A stretch of 64,000 bases of DNA from Lama guanicoe. Taxonomy: Eukaryota. The stretch is taken from positions 4,359,824-4,423,823 of the forward strand of contig MU054391.1 in the NCBI GenBank assembly GCA_013239625.1. The letters are read 5' to 3'. The translations under genes and the position numbers were made by a program. Shown here piece by piece: positions 13,640-26,619 of this stretch. How positions within the stretch are numbered: the first letter of the stretch is position 1; each line of letters begins with the position of its first letter. Under the pieces are notes generated by a model that worked only from the letters and a program-made list of their open reading frames with translations, ran no database searches and had not been told where the DNA came from.

Positions 13640-13865
13640 CAAGTACATAGTATGACCTGGATTTTTTTTTTAAAATAAACGATATACACGTGCCAACAAA
13701 AAGGCTGTCTAAGTACAAACAGTGACCTCTCCGGGTGGATGGAACTACAGACGCTTTTTCTTTCTTTCCCTTTTTGCTTTATTTAATTTTCATTTTCATT
13801 CACCTTCATAATGTTTTACAATAAGCAAAGTCTTTGTGTAACTTACAGATCATGTACTTAAAAAT
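13640..13865 (+). mobile_element. L1ME4-like 3' UTR fragment
   Basis: 'aacagtgacctctccgggtggatggaactacagacgctttttctttc' resembles the L1ME4 3' end. Confidence 0.55.
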
Positions 13866-16559
13866 AAATCGTGATAAAAATCAAATAGTGATGGGACCAT
13901 GTTTATCAGGGATCCACTCTCGACCAAGACTAGCACGAGGTTGGCGTGCTCTCGGTGCTCAGTGGGGACGTTGAAAATGTCACACAAGCTCCCAATTGGC
14001 TCAGACAGACAGCAATTAATCCAACACCGAGGAGAAAACTGCACCCAGGCTGTGGAGCTGGTCGGAGTAAGAAGGGGGTAAATACTGTCATCCTTAAAAA
14101 ACACGCCGCCCACCGCCCACCTCATTAACAGTGTGTTGATCCAGTTCTAGCCAAACATTTTTCAAAATAAAAATGTGGCTTCTTATTTTTGTCATTAAAC
14201 TTCTGTCTCTCTCCTCTGAATCTCTCCTGCTGTTTTCTCTTCCTTTACCCACCGTTGAGGGCTGAGCAGGGCTCTCCTCCATGTCCTGGGAGAGACTTCA
14301 CAAGGTCACAGTCAACTGTGTCTCCTTTGGTGCCACCAGGGTGGGCGGAGCATCCATCCCAACGTCCCCGGCTCCAGCCTGTCCCCCGCTTCCTTGACAG
14401 AACCCGTCAGTGGCCCCCTCAGCCTCTGCCCAGGGTCATTCATCTCGTCCTGCCTTCTACGCTCAGGGCTTCTGAGAGAGGTGTGACCGCTGTGGGCTCT
14501 CTCCAGCCTCCCACGCTGAGCAGCCCTCCGCTGCCCCCGCTCTCCTCATCTCTGCGTCCACCTGCATTCGCACATCAGGGCAGAACATGTCATATTTCCA
14601 AGAACAGCTAGACAATTGCTCCTAGACAAAAACATTTTAAAGGCTGTCATACTTCGAAGTGGGTTAAAATCTACTCTGTTTTTAGTGAAAATAACTTCAT
14701 CCAACTGTCTCTAGCTAATACTTATTATTCTCATTGTTACTTCAAGTTGCTGTATGTTAACCGAGCAGCAGGGCACTATAGAGAGGTGATATGTAAGGAC
14801 TGAACTCTGACCTCCAGGAAGTTAGGATCTGGCTTAATAAGTAAGTAGAAGATATCATAGTGTAATATTTTTATTACCATTAACACAGATGTAGGCACGA
14901 GAATATTAACATTTAAGAATGCCAAAGTATAAAAACCTCCAAGAAAAGATCACTAAGAGTGTAAGCAGAAGTTTTCGATTACACAAATAAACAGGAAATT
15001 TTAAAGAGATATTTCAGAGACAGTATCTTACATTGACAACAATGGAACAGAGTCAGTATTAAAAACAAATGGGGGGGTGTCACTGTCTCCCTGACTGATC
15101 CTTCCCCCAAATCCTGCCAACCAGTGAGTCCTGCTGAGTCTGTTGTGACTCCTCCTCCAGTTTCCCAGATGAAGACCACCGTCCATCCTGGCTCCCACTT
15201 TACTGGACAGTCATCACCGCCATGTTCGAGTGCACCTCTGTTGACCCGCGTTCTCCACGTGTCAACCACACAGGGCAGAACGCACCTCCACACGTGTGGA
15301 GGTGGGCTTCACGCGTCTTGTCTTCTCACCACATAGACCATCAGGTTCTCGTTGGGTTTAACTTGGTCTCATTGCTTTGTCAGCTGCCAGTGTGCAGGCA
15401 CCACACGTTGTCTGCATGTTTAATGCAGGTGGGATCCTTGCCTATGAGAAGTGACCCCTGTGTGACTGAAGGTCAGGCAGTGTCTGCGTGTCAGCCCGGG
15501 AGCTCTCAGCACCCAGGGACCCCGTCACTCTCGTGGCTGCTTCCTGGCACCTCGCACAGAGCCCTGCCCCGCGGCGATTCTCAGTAACCATCAGTTCAGC
15601 TAGGGGAGCTCCAGCCCTGCTTCTTTCAAAGGCAAATCCAGAGCATCAGGAGCTTGAGTCCCTGGGAGCCCAGCTCATCCAGCCGGCATCACAGATGGAC
15701 AACAGCCCCTCGGAAGGGATGCTTCTGCTGCGTTTAGAAATAAAGTGAAGTCGCCCCACTTCCCAGCAACGCCTGCTCTTCAGGCAAATCTGAAATCATC
15801 CTGATTCTCCTCAGACCACACGCTAGACAGTTCTTCAGCCAATATTAAAAGGTAATCTCCAAGCTCATTACTAAATGAGAAATGAGAAGCTGAAGGTAAA
15901 AACAAAATGATGGCTCTGGACAGATGGGTGGGGAATTTGTAGCCACACCTCAGGATCCCGTGGACCTGGATGCAAAGCAAAAGCAAGTTTACTTCTGTCA
16001 TTTCTGCCTCTTTTAGGGCTATTAGCACCATATTATAATTAGTGCCAGCTCTCCAAAATGCATTTTGAGGGGCCAACACCAAGTTCTGAGTGGAGATGAA
16101 GGTGTATTAATGAAATTGCATCTAAAATTTGGCTTACAATTCAGCCCTGAGAGGTGATTTATAATTGATTTTGATCTAACTTCATAAGCGTTTCTCCACA
16201 CTCCAAGACACACTCAGCGAGAGACAGAAGCTATTGCCACCTATGTCAAAAGAAGTTAAAAATAATTCTCTCAGGACATTTTAATAGCATCTCTACACCA
16301 TTTACTATATCCCCCTGCAATAAAAAAGTGTATAAACGTTCATTCTAACTTGGAAAAAAATAAGTTTGAGACAAAATTTGGCAGTTTCCAATTTCAAAAA
16401 ATACAGTAGTGTTAATGGTGGAAAGAGATTGAATTCAGACTCACAGAACTTTATTGCTGCTGGACATTTTAGAATCAAGCGTGTAATATACTGCTGCATA
16501 TGAACGTGGAGAAGAAAGAGTGAAGTTTTCTGATAGTAAAGTGATAATAATATAAATAC

Positions 16560-16810
16560 AGAGAGAATAGCCTTGGGAATCAGAATGCCTGCATTCCAAT
16601 CTCAGACTCACCAATTACCAAGAGGGCAAACTCTGCCAAGCCATTTAACCTTCACGGAGACACTTAACTGTGTCTCTTTTTCTCATTTGCAAACTGGGAA
16701 TAATAAGACCAAACAGGGTTACTATGACACGTGAGTGAGCTCCTGAATCGGATACACTTAGGAAGGTTCTGACACATAGAGAGCTCCTTCTAAGTGTTAG
16801 ATCGTATCAT
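16560..16810 (+). mobile_element. MIR SINE
   Basis: 'ggaatcagaatgcctgcattccaatctcag...ttctcatttgcaaactgggaataataa...gacacatagagagctcc'. Confidence 0.8.
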
Positions 16811-17413
16811 CAATGATAATGTCTCCCACCTCCCAGGTCAGGACTCGGGCAGGGGGGTCAAAGTGTGAAACTGGAGCATCTGAGTTCTCATCCCTGTTCC
16901 CACCTAGTTGCTGAGTGAGTGCTGGTCCTTCACTCCCTGACTCTGACATCAGCGGCTCCCTCTGGAAAAAAAGGAGCAAACCGTTTTGAATAATTTCCAA
17001 TTTCCTTTCCAGTTGGCATATTCCATGCTTTCTTTTGGAAGTAAAGAGCTAATTTTCAGAAATAACCCCAAATTTTGAAGAAATAAAAATGCATAAGGAC
17101 TTTATAAGTAAAGAGAATTCATTTGCCATTCTTTCTTCCAACATGATACAAAAGCAACTGAGGCATTGAGCCCTGTCGGGGGGACGTGGTCAGTGACCTG
17201 TTCTAACGCATTGTGTGGTATCCTTTAGCTGAAAATAAGTGAAATGCTTAACTTTTTCAGATGTAACCGGATGGCTGCAGAGAGAGACAGTGTTATAGCG
17301 GAGCAGTGGTGCAGGTGGAAATGTGGCAAGTTGAGTGGAGAGACAGGATGAGAAAGCGAGAGAAACCAAGTCAGAGTCAGAGACAACTCATGGAACCTGG
17401 CACCCTGTCTTGC

Positions 17414-17989
17414 TGGAGCAGTTACATGTTCCTGCATAACACACTGTCCCAAAACAGTGGCTTAAGACAGCAGACACGTACCATCTCACAGTTTCTAAGG
17501 GTCAGAAACCTGGTTAGGGGGCGGTTCTGGCTCAGGATCTCTCAGGAGTTGGCATTCAAGCTGATGCCCAAACCTGTGTCATCAAAAGCCTTGAAAGGGC
17601 TGGAGGAGCCACCCTCAAGAGGGCTCATTGACACGGCCATGGGCTGGAGTCCTCAGTTGCTCACTCATTGTTGGCTGAAAGTCTTGGTTTTTCTTCTTAT
17701 GAGTCTCTCTACACAGCAGCCACCTGAGTGCCCTCCAGACAAGGTGGATGTCTTTCCCAGAGCAGAATGAGATCCAAGGTTAGTTGATAAGACTGGTTAT
17801 CCAAGAGAGAGAGAGCTCTAGATGGTGGCTGGGGTCTTTCTAACCTGATCTCAGGAATGACATACCATCAGTTCTCCTTTTTCTATTTGGTAACACGGAC
17901 AACCCTGGTGCAGTGTGGGAAGGGATGGCACAAGTGTGTGAACGCTGGAGGGGGATCACTGGGAGCCAGGTTGAAGGCTGGCTGCTGCA
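17414..17989 (-). mobile_element. MaLR solo LTR (MLT1F-like)
   Basis: The reverse complement matches MLT1F from 'tgcagcagccagccttcaacctggctcccagtgatcc' through 'gagccagaacc...gaaactgtgaga...aagccac'. Confidence 0.9.
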
Positions 17990-18079
17990 TCTGCCTGTTT
18001 ATGCCCCAACTAAGAGGAAGAGGAAATAAAGTCTGCAATGGTCCTTTAATTGAATCTCTCATAGAGACAATTATTCTTA

Positions 18080-18230
18080 GATTGGTTGTTTGAGCCACAA
18101 GGTGGATAGAGGTACCATTTACTAAGATGAACTCATTGTATAGCAACATATTTGTTAAGAGTTTTATCATGAATCATGAATTCTATTTTGGACATACTTA
18201 GTTTGAGATGTCTATTTGACTTTCGTGCTA
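18080..18230 (-). mobile_element. L2 fragment
   Basis: 'gaggtaccatttactaagatg...ttttggacatacttagtttgagatgtctattt' is antisense L2. Confidence 0.8.
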
Positions 18231-18469
18231 GATGTGATTATAATGTCTTAGTTCACATATTTTTTCCTTCAACATGGTCACTAAGCACAAGCCAGTGACC
18301 TCACCAAAAAATAGCTAAAAACATTTAAATGCTCCAATACAGAAGGAAAATCTGGCTATGCTGGACTTAATAAAAGGCGGTATGTCAGTCTAAGTAAGGC
18401 ATCTTTCATGGAGAATTTCAAGAACAATTTTGATTATACTTAAGGAGTGCACTGCAAGTCTAGTACTTA

Positions 18470-19535
18470 ATATCATCTCCTTGATAACTCAAAATTACAT
18501 CCCAGCTCTGACTTGCCCCCTGTATTCCAGACTTGTGAACATAATTGCCTACTTGACATACACTACACACTTGAGTGTCTAATAGGTCTTGAAACTTAAC
18601 ATTTTCAAAATAGAGCTCCCAATCTTCCACGCAACCATCAAATCTGTACCTCCCTGAGTCTTCCACATTGCAATATATGGTACCTTCATCAATGCAGTTG
18701 CTCAAACAACGTAGGAGTCATTTAAAATTCTTCATTATTTCCCATACCTCAGGTATAATCATCATCTGATTCTACTGGTTCTGGTTCCAAATATATATCC
18801 CACCACAAGTGTGTCTGTCTCTATTTACTGAAACCACTCTAGATCAAGCCGTGATGCTCTCAATCACCTGGAATGCTATTATTGCCACTAACTAGTTTCT
18901 CTGACTCTATTTCCAGAATCCCCTTCATTCATTCAGCACAGCAGTCAGAATGATCCTTTACAATGTCTAAGGAGGACCTCAGCTTACGTTCTTGCTTAAT
19001 TCCCTTCAATGGTTTCCAATACTTAGACATCATTCCAAAGTCTTCATCGTGACTGCAAAGCCCTGCCTATGCTGTGTCCTCACCTCACACTCTCCCCACT
19101 TTGCCCCATGCGCCACCACCCTCGCCTCATTCCTGTCCCAGTAACTCACCACACTTGTTCCCACAGCAAGCCTTTTCTGCTTGCTCCATCGGGAATCTCT
19201 TCTCCCAGGTGTCTGAGTAAACTTGTTCTTCTGACTCTTCAGGTCTCAAATACAATGCCAGCTCTGGAGGTCTTCCACGATCATCTGCGGATGTTGGTCC
19301 TGGTTCCTAGGCTTCTTCATCACAATTGGTCGGTGTTATTGTCTCAAGCCACCTGGCATTATTACAAGCAGTATGTTTCTTGATCGTTATCTTGTCCCAA
19401 TGGACTATACGCTCTAGGAAAGCATGGCTATTTCCCCTCTTATCTATAATCAGTTTCCAAGGATTTACTGCAATATATACTAGTATTAGATCTAGCATAT
19501 AGTTGACAGTACAGATTTGTTGGATGAATTAATAA
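18470..19535 (+). mobile_element. L2a-like 3' ~1 kb
   Basis: Continuous L2 text ('tgcctacttgacat...tgtctaatagg...cagcagtcagaatgatcctt...ttcaggtctcaaat') ending in the tail 'tttgttggatgaattaat'. Confidence 0.88.
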
Positions 19536-20199
19536 ATCCTTATGAACTATCCAGCTGTCAGGGTTGGGAACATTCTTTCCTAACTTATCTAAGTGCTTGG
19601 ATTGGCCCTCTCTAGGTCAACCCTTGGGTTCCCCTTTAGCACTGAGACCTTGGGTGAGAGGAACATGGAAGCAGAGAGAAGAGCCGGGCAGACACACACA
19701 ATGGTGGGAGGACAAGAGGTAGTCCTGTTTCCAAAGCTAGGGGCTCAAATGGAAGTGGGGGTGTGGGATGGCACAGATGGTACGAATGAGGACCACACCC
19801 ATTCAACAGAACACAAAATCCCTGAGCCAGGGCACCACCAAGTACGCTGGCAAAGAGCCGTTTAAACTATCATTGAGATATTAACTTCTTGAGTGATGAT
19901 TTGGTTTGATTTTCATTCTGAATTTTCCCTGCTGCTTCTGACAAGTGCCAAGAACAGGGCCTGGTGCATAGTAGGAGCTCAGTGAGCGTTTCTGGATGCA
20001 TGTGAAATGATGGAGCAGAACACTAAAGCCAGAGTTCATTGGAAGCCTGAATCTGGGTAGGCATCCAGAGAAAAAAATATGTTCAGTCCCCAAGCATTTT
20101 AGAATCTGGGCTAAAAAAATGCCAAATTAAAGAGACAAGTAAGTGTGATATCAAAATCTGTCAGTGACAATACAAGAAAATGAAATGGCAGACAAATAC

Positions 20200-21000
20200 C
20201 CCTCATAAACACTGACTCAAAGAGCTTTAACAGAATAATAGCAAATTAAACCTAGCAATTGATAGATAGAGAGGAGAATTCATCATGACCAAGTGGGGTC
20301 TATTTCTGCAGTGAAAAGTTGATATGACATTCAAAAATTAATCAGTATCTCAAAGAGACACCAAACCTACACTGTTTCATAAGGTAAATTTACCAAACAT
20401 TCAAGGAACAAGTCATTTTTATATTATGCAAAATATTCCATGGCATAGAGAATGGTGTGTGAAATCTCAATTCATTCTATGAAGCTAGCGTCATTTTGAA
20501 ACCAACAGAAAGAAAGGAGAGCAAGATAAATGAAGGGAGGAAGGAAAGACAAACAATGAAAACAAAGCAGTAAGTTGTTGCCACTTATGTACTTGTAGCC
20601 TTAAAATACATATTAATAAATCAGATTAATCAATATATTTAAAGACTAAAACATCATATAAACAAGCAAGGTTTAAACTAGAATTTTAAAGAAATTTCAA
20701 TATCTGATAATCTGAATAAACAGGAAAAAAGAAACATGATAATCACTACAGTTATGGGAAAAAACACTTGATAAATTCAACACCTCTTCCTGGTAAGCAG
20801 CTTTCACTGGAAACAGAAGGGAATTTTCTATACCAGCTGAAAGGAATCTCCCAGTTAACCACAACCAACACCGTAGGAAGGATGAATCATCAGATGCAAT
20901 CAAGGATAGAACCAAGAAAACTATGCTCGTGGTCACAGGAACTAGACCTTGCAAACCATAAACGAGATAAGAAAAAAAAAGGATGGAAAAACACAGAAGC
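20200..21000 (+). mobile_element. Old L1 ORF2 fragments, rearranged
   Basis: 'catcatgaccaagtggggtctatt', 'taccaaacattcaagga', 'attcattctatgaagctagc' and 'ttgataaattcaacacc' are L1 RT-region remnants. Confidence 0.8.
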
Positions 21001-21180
21001 ATCTTTCTCAAAGTGTGACCAGAGTACCAGAGGTGTCAATTTGTCAGACGGCAAACTGTCAGGCGCCATCCCAACCTGAATCAAGGGAAACTCTCAGATT
21101 GGGAAACAATTTGTGTTATTACAAGCACTTGTTGGGGGGAGGGAGGGTGTTCCGACAGGTGCTAAGATTTGAGAACCTTG

Positions 21181-21599
21181 TGCAAGCAATGCTGTTGGTG
21201 CCCCAAGTCTCCTGTCCAACCAGGCACTCCGACCCCCAACCACTTACTATGAGCATTGGTTTCCCAGGGTTTGCAGCTGCCCCGGGTCTCCTGAGAACTG
21301 TCCTCGGTGGAAGGAAAGCCACGTGCTCAGAAATGCCTTGAGGATTCTGCCTTGTATCTGGGTCAGGATGCAGCCACTGACTGACTGACAGGGTGTCAAA
21401 GGCTCTCTGCTTCCAGGTCACACAACGACACTATGGTGCTGTTCACCACCCACAGGTCCTGAGGGATCAGACTGAGGCTGGACCACAGCCAAGTCCCATC
21501 TTCGCCCAGCTCCTTTCCCTGCCCTGGTGTCACCTGAGAACATGCCTTCTCTAGAAATCCTGTGTCAGGATCTGCTGCTGGAAAACCTAGTCTGAGGCA
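21181..21599 (+). mobile_element. ERVL solo LTR (LTR16-like)
   Basis: Starts 'tgcaagcaatgctgttggtgcccc' and ends 'aatcctgtgtcaggatctgctgctggaaaacctagtctgaggca', with TG...CA termini. Confidence 0.8.
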
Positions 21600-21699
21600 C
21601 CAATTTTGAACAACATGGTTTCCCACCTAGAATTTTTTAAATGATCAACCATGAAACTATTATAATAATTATATATATTTTCTATATATATTCTATACT

Positions 21700-21850
21700 T
21701 ATGTAATACTATGTGTCAAGTTCCTTATGTTTATTAACTCATCTAATGTGCACAATGCTATTCTGATACAGATACATTATTAGTATCCCCATTTTACAGA
21801 TGTGAGGACCAAGATACAAAGAAGTTTAGTAGGTTTCACAATGCCATGTA
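21700..21850 (-). mobile_element. MIR SINE
   Basis: Antisense core 'tattagtatccccattttacagatgtgaggaccaag'. Confidence 0.85.
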
Positions 21851-22739
21851 AAAAAAAATCTTTAATAGTTGGACAAAACATAAAGATTCAAATGTAATTT
21901 GAGCAAATAAGATTACAGTGAACTATTAGAAATTTTAAATGAAAGTAAGAGTTTATCAAAGTGTGGGCACAGCTAATGATTGTATTTACAAGGAGCTTTA
22001 TTTGGTTTTAATTCCATACATTTACTTCTTTTTGTACGTAACTGTGGCAAGCCTCATCAAACATAGGTGTCCCTGCTCTCCCACTTGGATTCTAAATTCA
22101 AAAAACTGAATAAATTCAGACCAATTTTTGGATGGCCCCATGCTATCTGAATCCTCTCTAACTGTTTTTAAAACTCAAGAACCAAAGAGGCTTGGAGAAG
22201 GCAGCTTCCCTCACTGTCAGAACGTGACCCTGTCCAGCACTAGGAAGAGGACACATTGGATCTGGAGGAAAAGTGAGCCCCACCTTTTCCTTCCTATCTC
22301 CTCAACCTTAGGCCATGCCCTCAGGCTAATTCTGGCCAATATATGAGTGGAAAGAACCCCCAAGGCCGCCCCCAGGCTGAGCCAAGAAGAGCTCCCAGAT
22401 CCCCACTCTCACCCACACGGTGTGCTGTGACCTGTGACCATGGAGGCCACGCGTCCCCACTGTGCGGCTGCAAGAAGGCAGAGGCTACATCAGCCCGGCT
22501 CCCCAGCAACTACGTTGAGTCGGGTCAGCGGTGCCTTCCAAGGACATTGGTACAAGTGAGAGGAGAACAAAAACATCGCCATGTGCAGCAGCTGAGATCT
22601 TGGTGTTGCGGTATTGCCATAGTGCGGCCAGACCTGTCTTTACTAGCACAGCAGTTATGTCTTGAATCTCAATCAGCGGGAAAGGATAAACTAGGTAAGG
22701 AAAAGAGGGTGTTGAAAAATTTAGAGTAAAATGGAGTTC

Positions 22740-23830
22740 ACCTTCTTCCATATAATACAAAAATAAAGGCCTGATGAAATTGTAAGAAAAATTATTAAAG
22801 GAAAATATAGGAGCCTATTTTTTAATAATATTTTGATAAGACAAGGATTTTTATACAAGGTGCCAAGTTCAGATATTAAAGAAAAAGAATGACCGGCATA
22901 ACTACATAAAATGTGAAATTTTCTGATGGAAAAAGATATATTAAAGATCAAAAAAGTTTTCCAATGGCAGCAACATCTTTGCTACATACCTGTGTGCACA
23001 TGCACACGTGCGCGCACACACACACACGTGCACATGATGCATATAGAGAAAACCTAAAAAGAAATTCGGTATCAAGTAAGAATAAGCACTTAATAAATGT
23101 AAAATAATGATGGGGAAAGGATAAGAACGGACACGTTACAGATGAAGAAACCCAAATAGATAATAAGGAAATTTACAGAGGTCCATCTTCCTTATAATCA
23201 AGGAAATAAAAGGCTAAGACTATATTATTTTCATTCTTTAAACTGATAAAATATTCGGGGAAGAGTTATAAAGACAAAGGTGAAAAACCAGACCATGTCA
23301 TGTAGTGTTAGATGCTGTAAACAGAAAAAAAATCTCTTGAAGACAATTTAAATTCATTGATCAATTAAACAAAAAACCTTTAACTCAGCAATTCCACTTC
23401 TAAGAACCCCTCACAAAGAAATATTTAACCATATGCACAAATTTTATAATAATATTCAATGGAACATTATCTGCAGTATTTCCAAATTGGAACTATAATG
23501 CACATCAAAAAGGAGTTAACGAGATAAATTATACTATATCTACATTAAAGAGTATGATGTAGGTATTTAAAGATTAAGCAAGATGTTTACTAACATGAAG
23601 AGTGTCTCAGATTTAGTATAAATGAAAAATGCAAATTACAAGCAATGAGCATAGTTCCATCATTCTTACATAAAAAGAGTCTGACTGGAAGCACGTGTAT
23701 GCATTATTTGTTAATTTGTGGAGAATAGACAATCCTGTTAAACTCTATGTATTAAAATGGGAATGTATTAGCTAAGACATAAATTGAATAAAAAATAATA
23801 TGCAGAGCTTTCTGTAGAATCATTAGTGTA
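22740..23830 (+). mobile_element. Old L1ME-type ORF2 end and 3' UTR
   Basis: 'aaaggaaaatataggagc', 'ctttaactcagcaattccacttctaaga' and 'gataaattatactatatctaca'. Confidence 0.8.
22991..23036. repeat. Alternating purine-pyrimidine (CA/CG/TG) tract
   Basis: tgtgtgcacatgcacacgtgcgcgcacacacacacacgtgcacatg, seen directly. Confidence 0.9.
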
Positions 23831-23845
23831 TGTTATATCTTTGAT

Positions 23846-24400
23846 TACTGTTTCCAAACTTTAGCAATTATTATAGCATACTTCTCAGTTTTGCAGAATT
23901 TGTGCATACTTATATTTACAGACTATTTTTCTTTAAATCAACTCGCCTTCATTCTCATATAAATGTATTTTAAAAGCTTAAGCCATTGCAAAAAATGAGA
24001 AGGAACTACAAAGGCCAATGCAAAAGATTATTCAGCTTCAAAGGAGATTGTGCAACTAAATAATGGATGATATAAAGCAAATATAATAAAAACTAAACTT
24101 TTTAAAAATGATTGCCTGAAAGTGAGTTACTTAATGAGAAAGACAGGGATATTTCTGAACAGCTAGGTAAAGGATGTATGCAGTTGGACACATTAGGGGT
24201 CTATGTCAACAAGACAGTTCGCTGAGTTTTAGCTCATCAGCACAAGTTAGGTTACCCAGTGTGGCTGGAAGGGTAGAATATTCCTCTGACGCTGTTAAAC
24301 GTTGAGAGTTCATTGTTTTATTCCAAACAAAGTGAGTTGTCCAATCAACTTTTACTCAGGAAGACTTTTGCACACCCCACAAGATCACATCTTCTCCTGA
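23846..24400 (+). mobile_element. hAT-Charlie DNA transposon remnant (MER113-like)
   Basis: 'tgtttccaaacttt...tatttttctttaaatcaactc...aaatgtattttaaaag' resembles MER113. The 3' boundary is uncertain. Confidence 0.5.
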
Positions 24401-24883
24401 GTTTGTTCATTTCTATGTTTACGTGGTCGAGTCCAAAAAGGGAGAAAAAAGAAATGACTGGTCCAGCATTCGCTGTCCTCATCTGACTTGAGAAAAGACC
24501 GATGAACATCACACCTTAAGCCTGTCAACCATCTTTTCATGATGTTCAAGGTAGTTCTCAGCTCCTTTATAGGAGTTTATAAACATGAAGCACGTTGATC
24601 AACAATTTGATTGAATGCGTGAATGTCCCAGAGAACTCACTCCCACGGTCTGGGTGTACTTATCTGATGGACAATTACAATTAGACTAGCTGCCATTTCC
24701 TGAGCCTGAGTTGCCATTCCAGACAATCTACGCACACTGCACCATTTCATTCCCATTCTATCCAACAAACTGGGGTCCCCATGACTCAGCTAAGAATCTG
24801 AGTTTCAAGAAGCTACTCTGACGAGCCTGGGGTCTACAGCAAGGAAGCTGCAGTCTAGGTACCAGCATCAAACTGAGCCTCGG

Positions 24884-25045
24884 GGAAGAAAAGCAGGGGT
24901 CGGGGGGAGGGGTGAATTGGGAGTTCGTGATTTCCAGATACTAACGACTGCATATAAAATAGATAAACAACAAGGTCCTACTGTAGAGCACAGGGGAATG
25001 TATTCAGTGCCATGTAATGGCCTATAATGAAAAAAATATAAAAAG

Positions 25046-25083
<38 letters not shown>

Positions 25084-25166
25084 CTGAATCACTATGCTAC
25101 ACACTAGAAATAACACAACATTGTAAACTGACTATACTTCAGTAAAAATTGAAATTCAAATTAAAA
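24884..25166 (+). mobile_element. 5'-truncated cetartiodactyl-type L1 3' UTR inserted into a MIR
   Basis: 'aaacaacaaggtcctactgtagagcacagggg...aactgaatcactatgctacacac'. 14-bp TSD: aaactgagcctcgg (24870-24883) / aaattgagccttgg (25167-25180). Confidence 0.93.
25049..25082. repeat. (TA)17 microsatellite within the L1 3' UTR
   Basis: Seen directly. Confidence 0.97.
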
Positions 25167-25425
25167 AAATTGAGCCTTGGAATGTTGAATTCCAGAACTA
25201 TCTCTTTATCTTCTAAATTGGAATTAGAAGCTGCAGCTACCCCCCATCATCCTAAGAACAACTAGTGTCATGTCCCCTCCACTGGGACTTAAATTGGCCG
25301 GGGGGCCCTATTCAGGCACCAGGGCCTCTAGAATGTGCAGATGAGGGGTTTCCTGGCACTGCTGGTTCAAGGTGCCACAGTCACACCTTGACTGAGCTGC
25401 TGGTGCGCAGGGGTGCCTACGAGCC

Positions 25426-25427
<2 letters not shown>

Positions 25428-25456
<29 letters not shown>
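25428..25456. repeat. (GT)n microsatellite
   Basis: Seen directly. Confidence 0.97.
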
Positions 25457-25458
<2 letters not shown>

Positions 25459-26619
25459 TGTGTGTACAGCCGGCCTCTCCCACCTTCCTGGCTCCCTCTT
25501 CAGCCCTTTTCTTCCTTCCTCCCAACTCCAACCTGTACAACCAACAGCCCAAACCAGCCCTACCTGTGTGTCCCATTCCATCACAGTATTACCTAAAATC
25601 ATCCTGCAAAAACTGGGACATACGCATGACACCTTTTGGAAATACTAAGCTGGATTGAAAACAAATACTCTCCCATCCAGGCTTCCTCGCAAATGCATTT
25701 AGGTGTGTTTCGCGGGCACGTGACTGGCTTTCCCACTTCGATGCTGCAGTCTTCTCTTCAGCCTTTGCTGAAATAACCACAGTCAGCTACGACCGTGTTC
25801 AAAGTTCTCCACGCGTGTCTAAATTCAAACTAGTATTTCCCTGCGCTCAGGACCCGGCCTTCTGTCGTTAGTCTCAGGTACTGACAGGTGTCAGTTCGGG
25901 TCTGGGACGTAAGCTGAGTTGACAGATGTGGTCTCAGCTCTCCTCCTGCTACGTATCGACCACCAACGCGTTTCAGCCCAAACCCAGACTCCAAGCTGAG
26001 AAGCCGCTTGATGCTCCGCTCTGCTGTTTAATTGTGCCATGTGGTCTTTAAACGGCTTTTTTTTTTTCTTTCTTTCTTTCTTTTTTTTCCTGAACAGTCA
26101 AGATGAAATTGGCTTCTGGTCAGCAACTTTTTTTCTTTTTCCCTCCTCTGAGGTAGAGTAGCCAAAAAGGATTTTGTTTTGTTCCATTTTGCCTGCAAAG
26201 CGATGGGTAGCCAAATATGACTACAAATTATCTACATTGTTTTTATGAAGAAAAATATATTTATTTTTCCTAGCACTTGGAAGCATCCCTTGCGAAAGCC
26301 AGGAAACTGACGCCATCCCCTGATTCCTGTCCCATTTGTACCCTAATTGGAGAGATCTGAACACACCAGAGGATGTATGTGGCTAAATTGGGGTATTATG
26401 AAAATAGTTCACAAAGCAACTAGAAAGCTATATATAAAAATGATATTTATTTCTCATTTTAAATGAAGCCTAAGACAAAAGGCATATAGGTAAACACAGC
26501 TGCAACACTTTTAGGCATATAATCAAATGCAAAAATAATATTGGAAAACTATGTTAATTATTGTAATTAAATTGTGAACAGTATTGATAGAAAAATATCT
26601 TTAAAACATATAAAATCAA

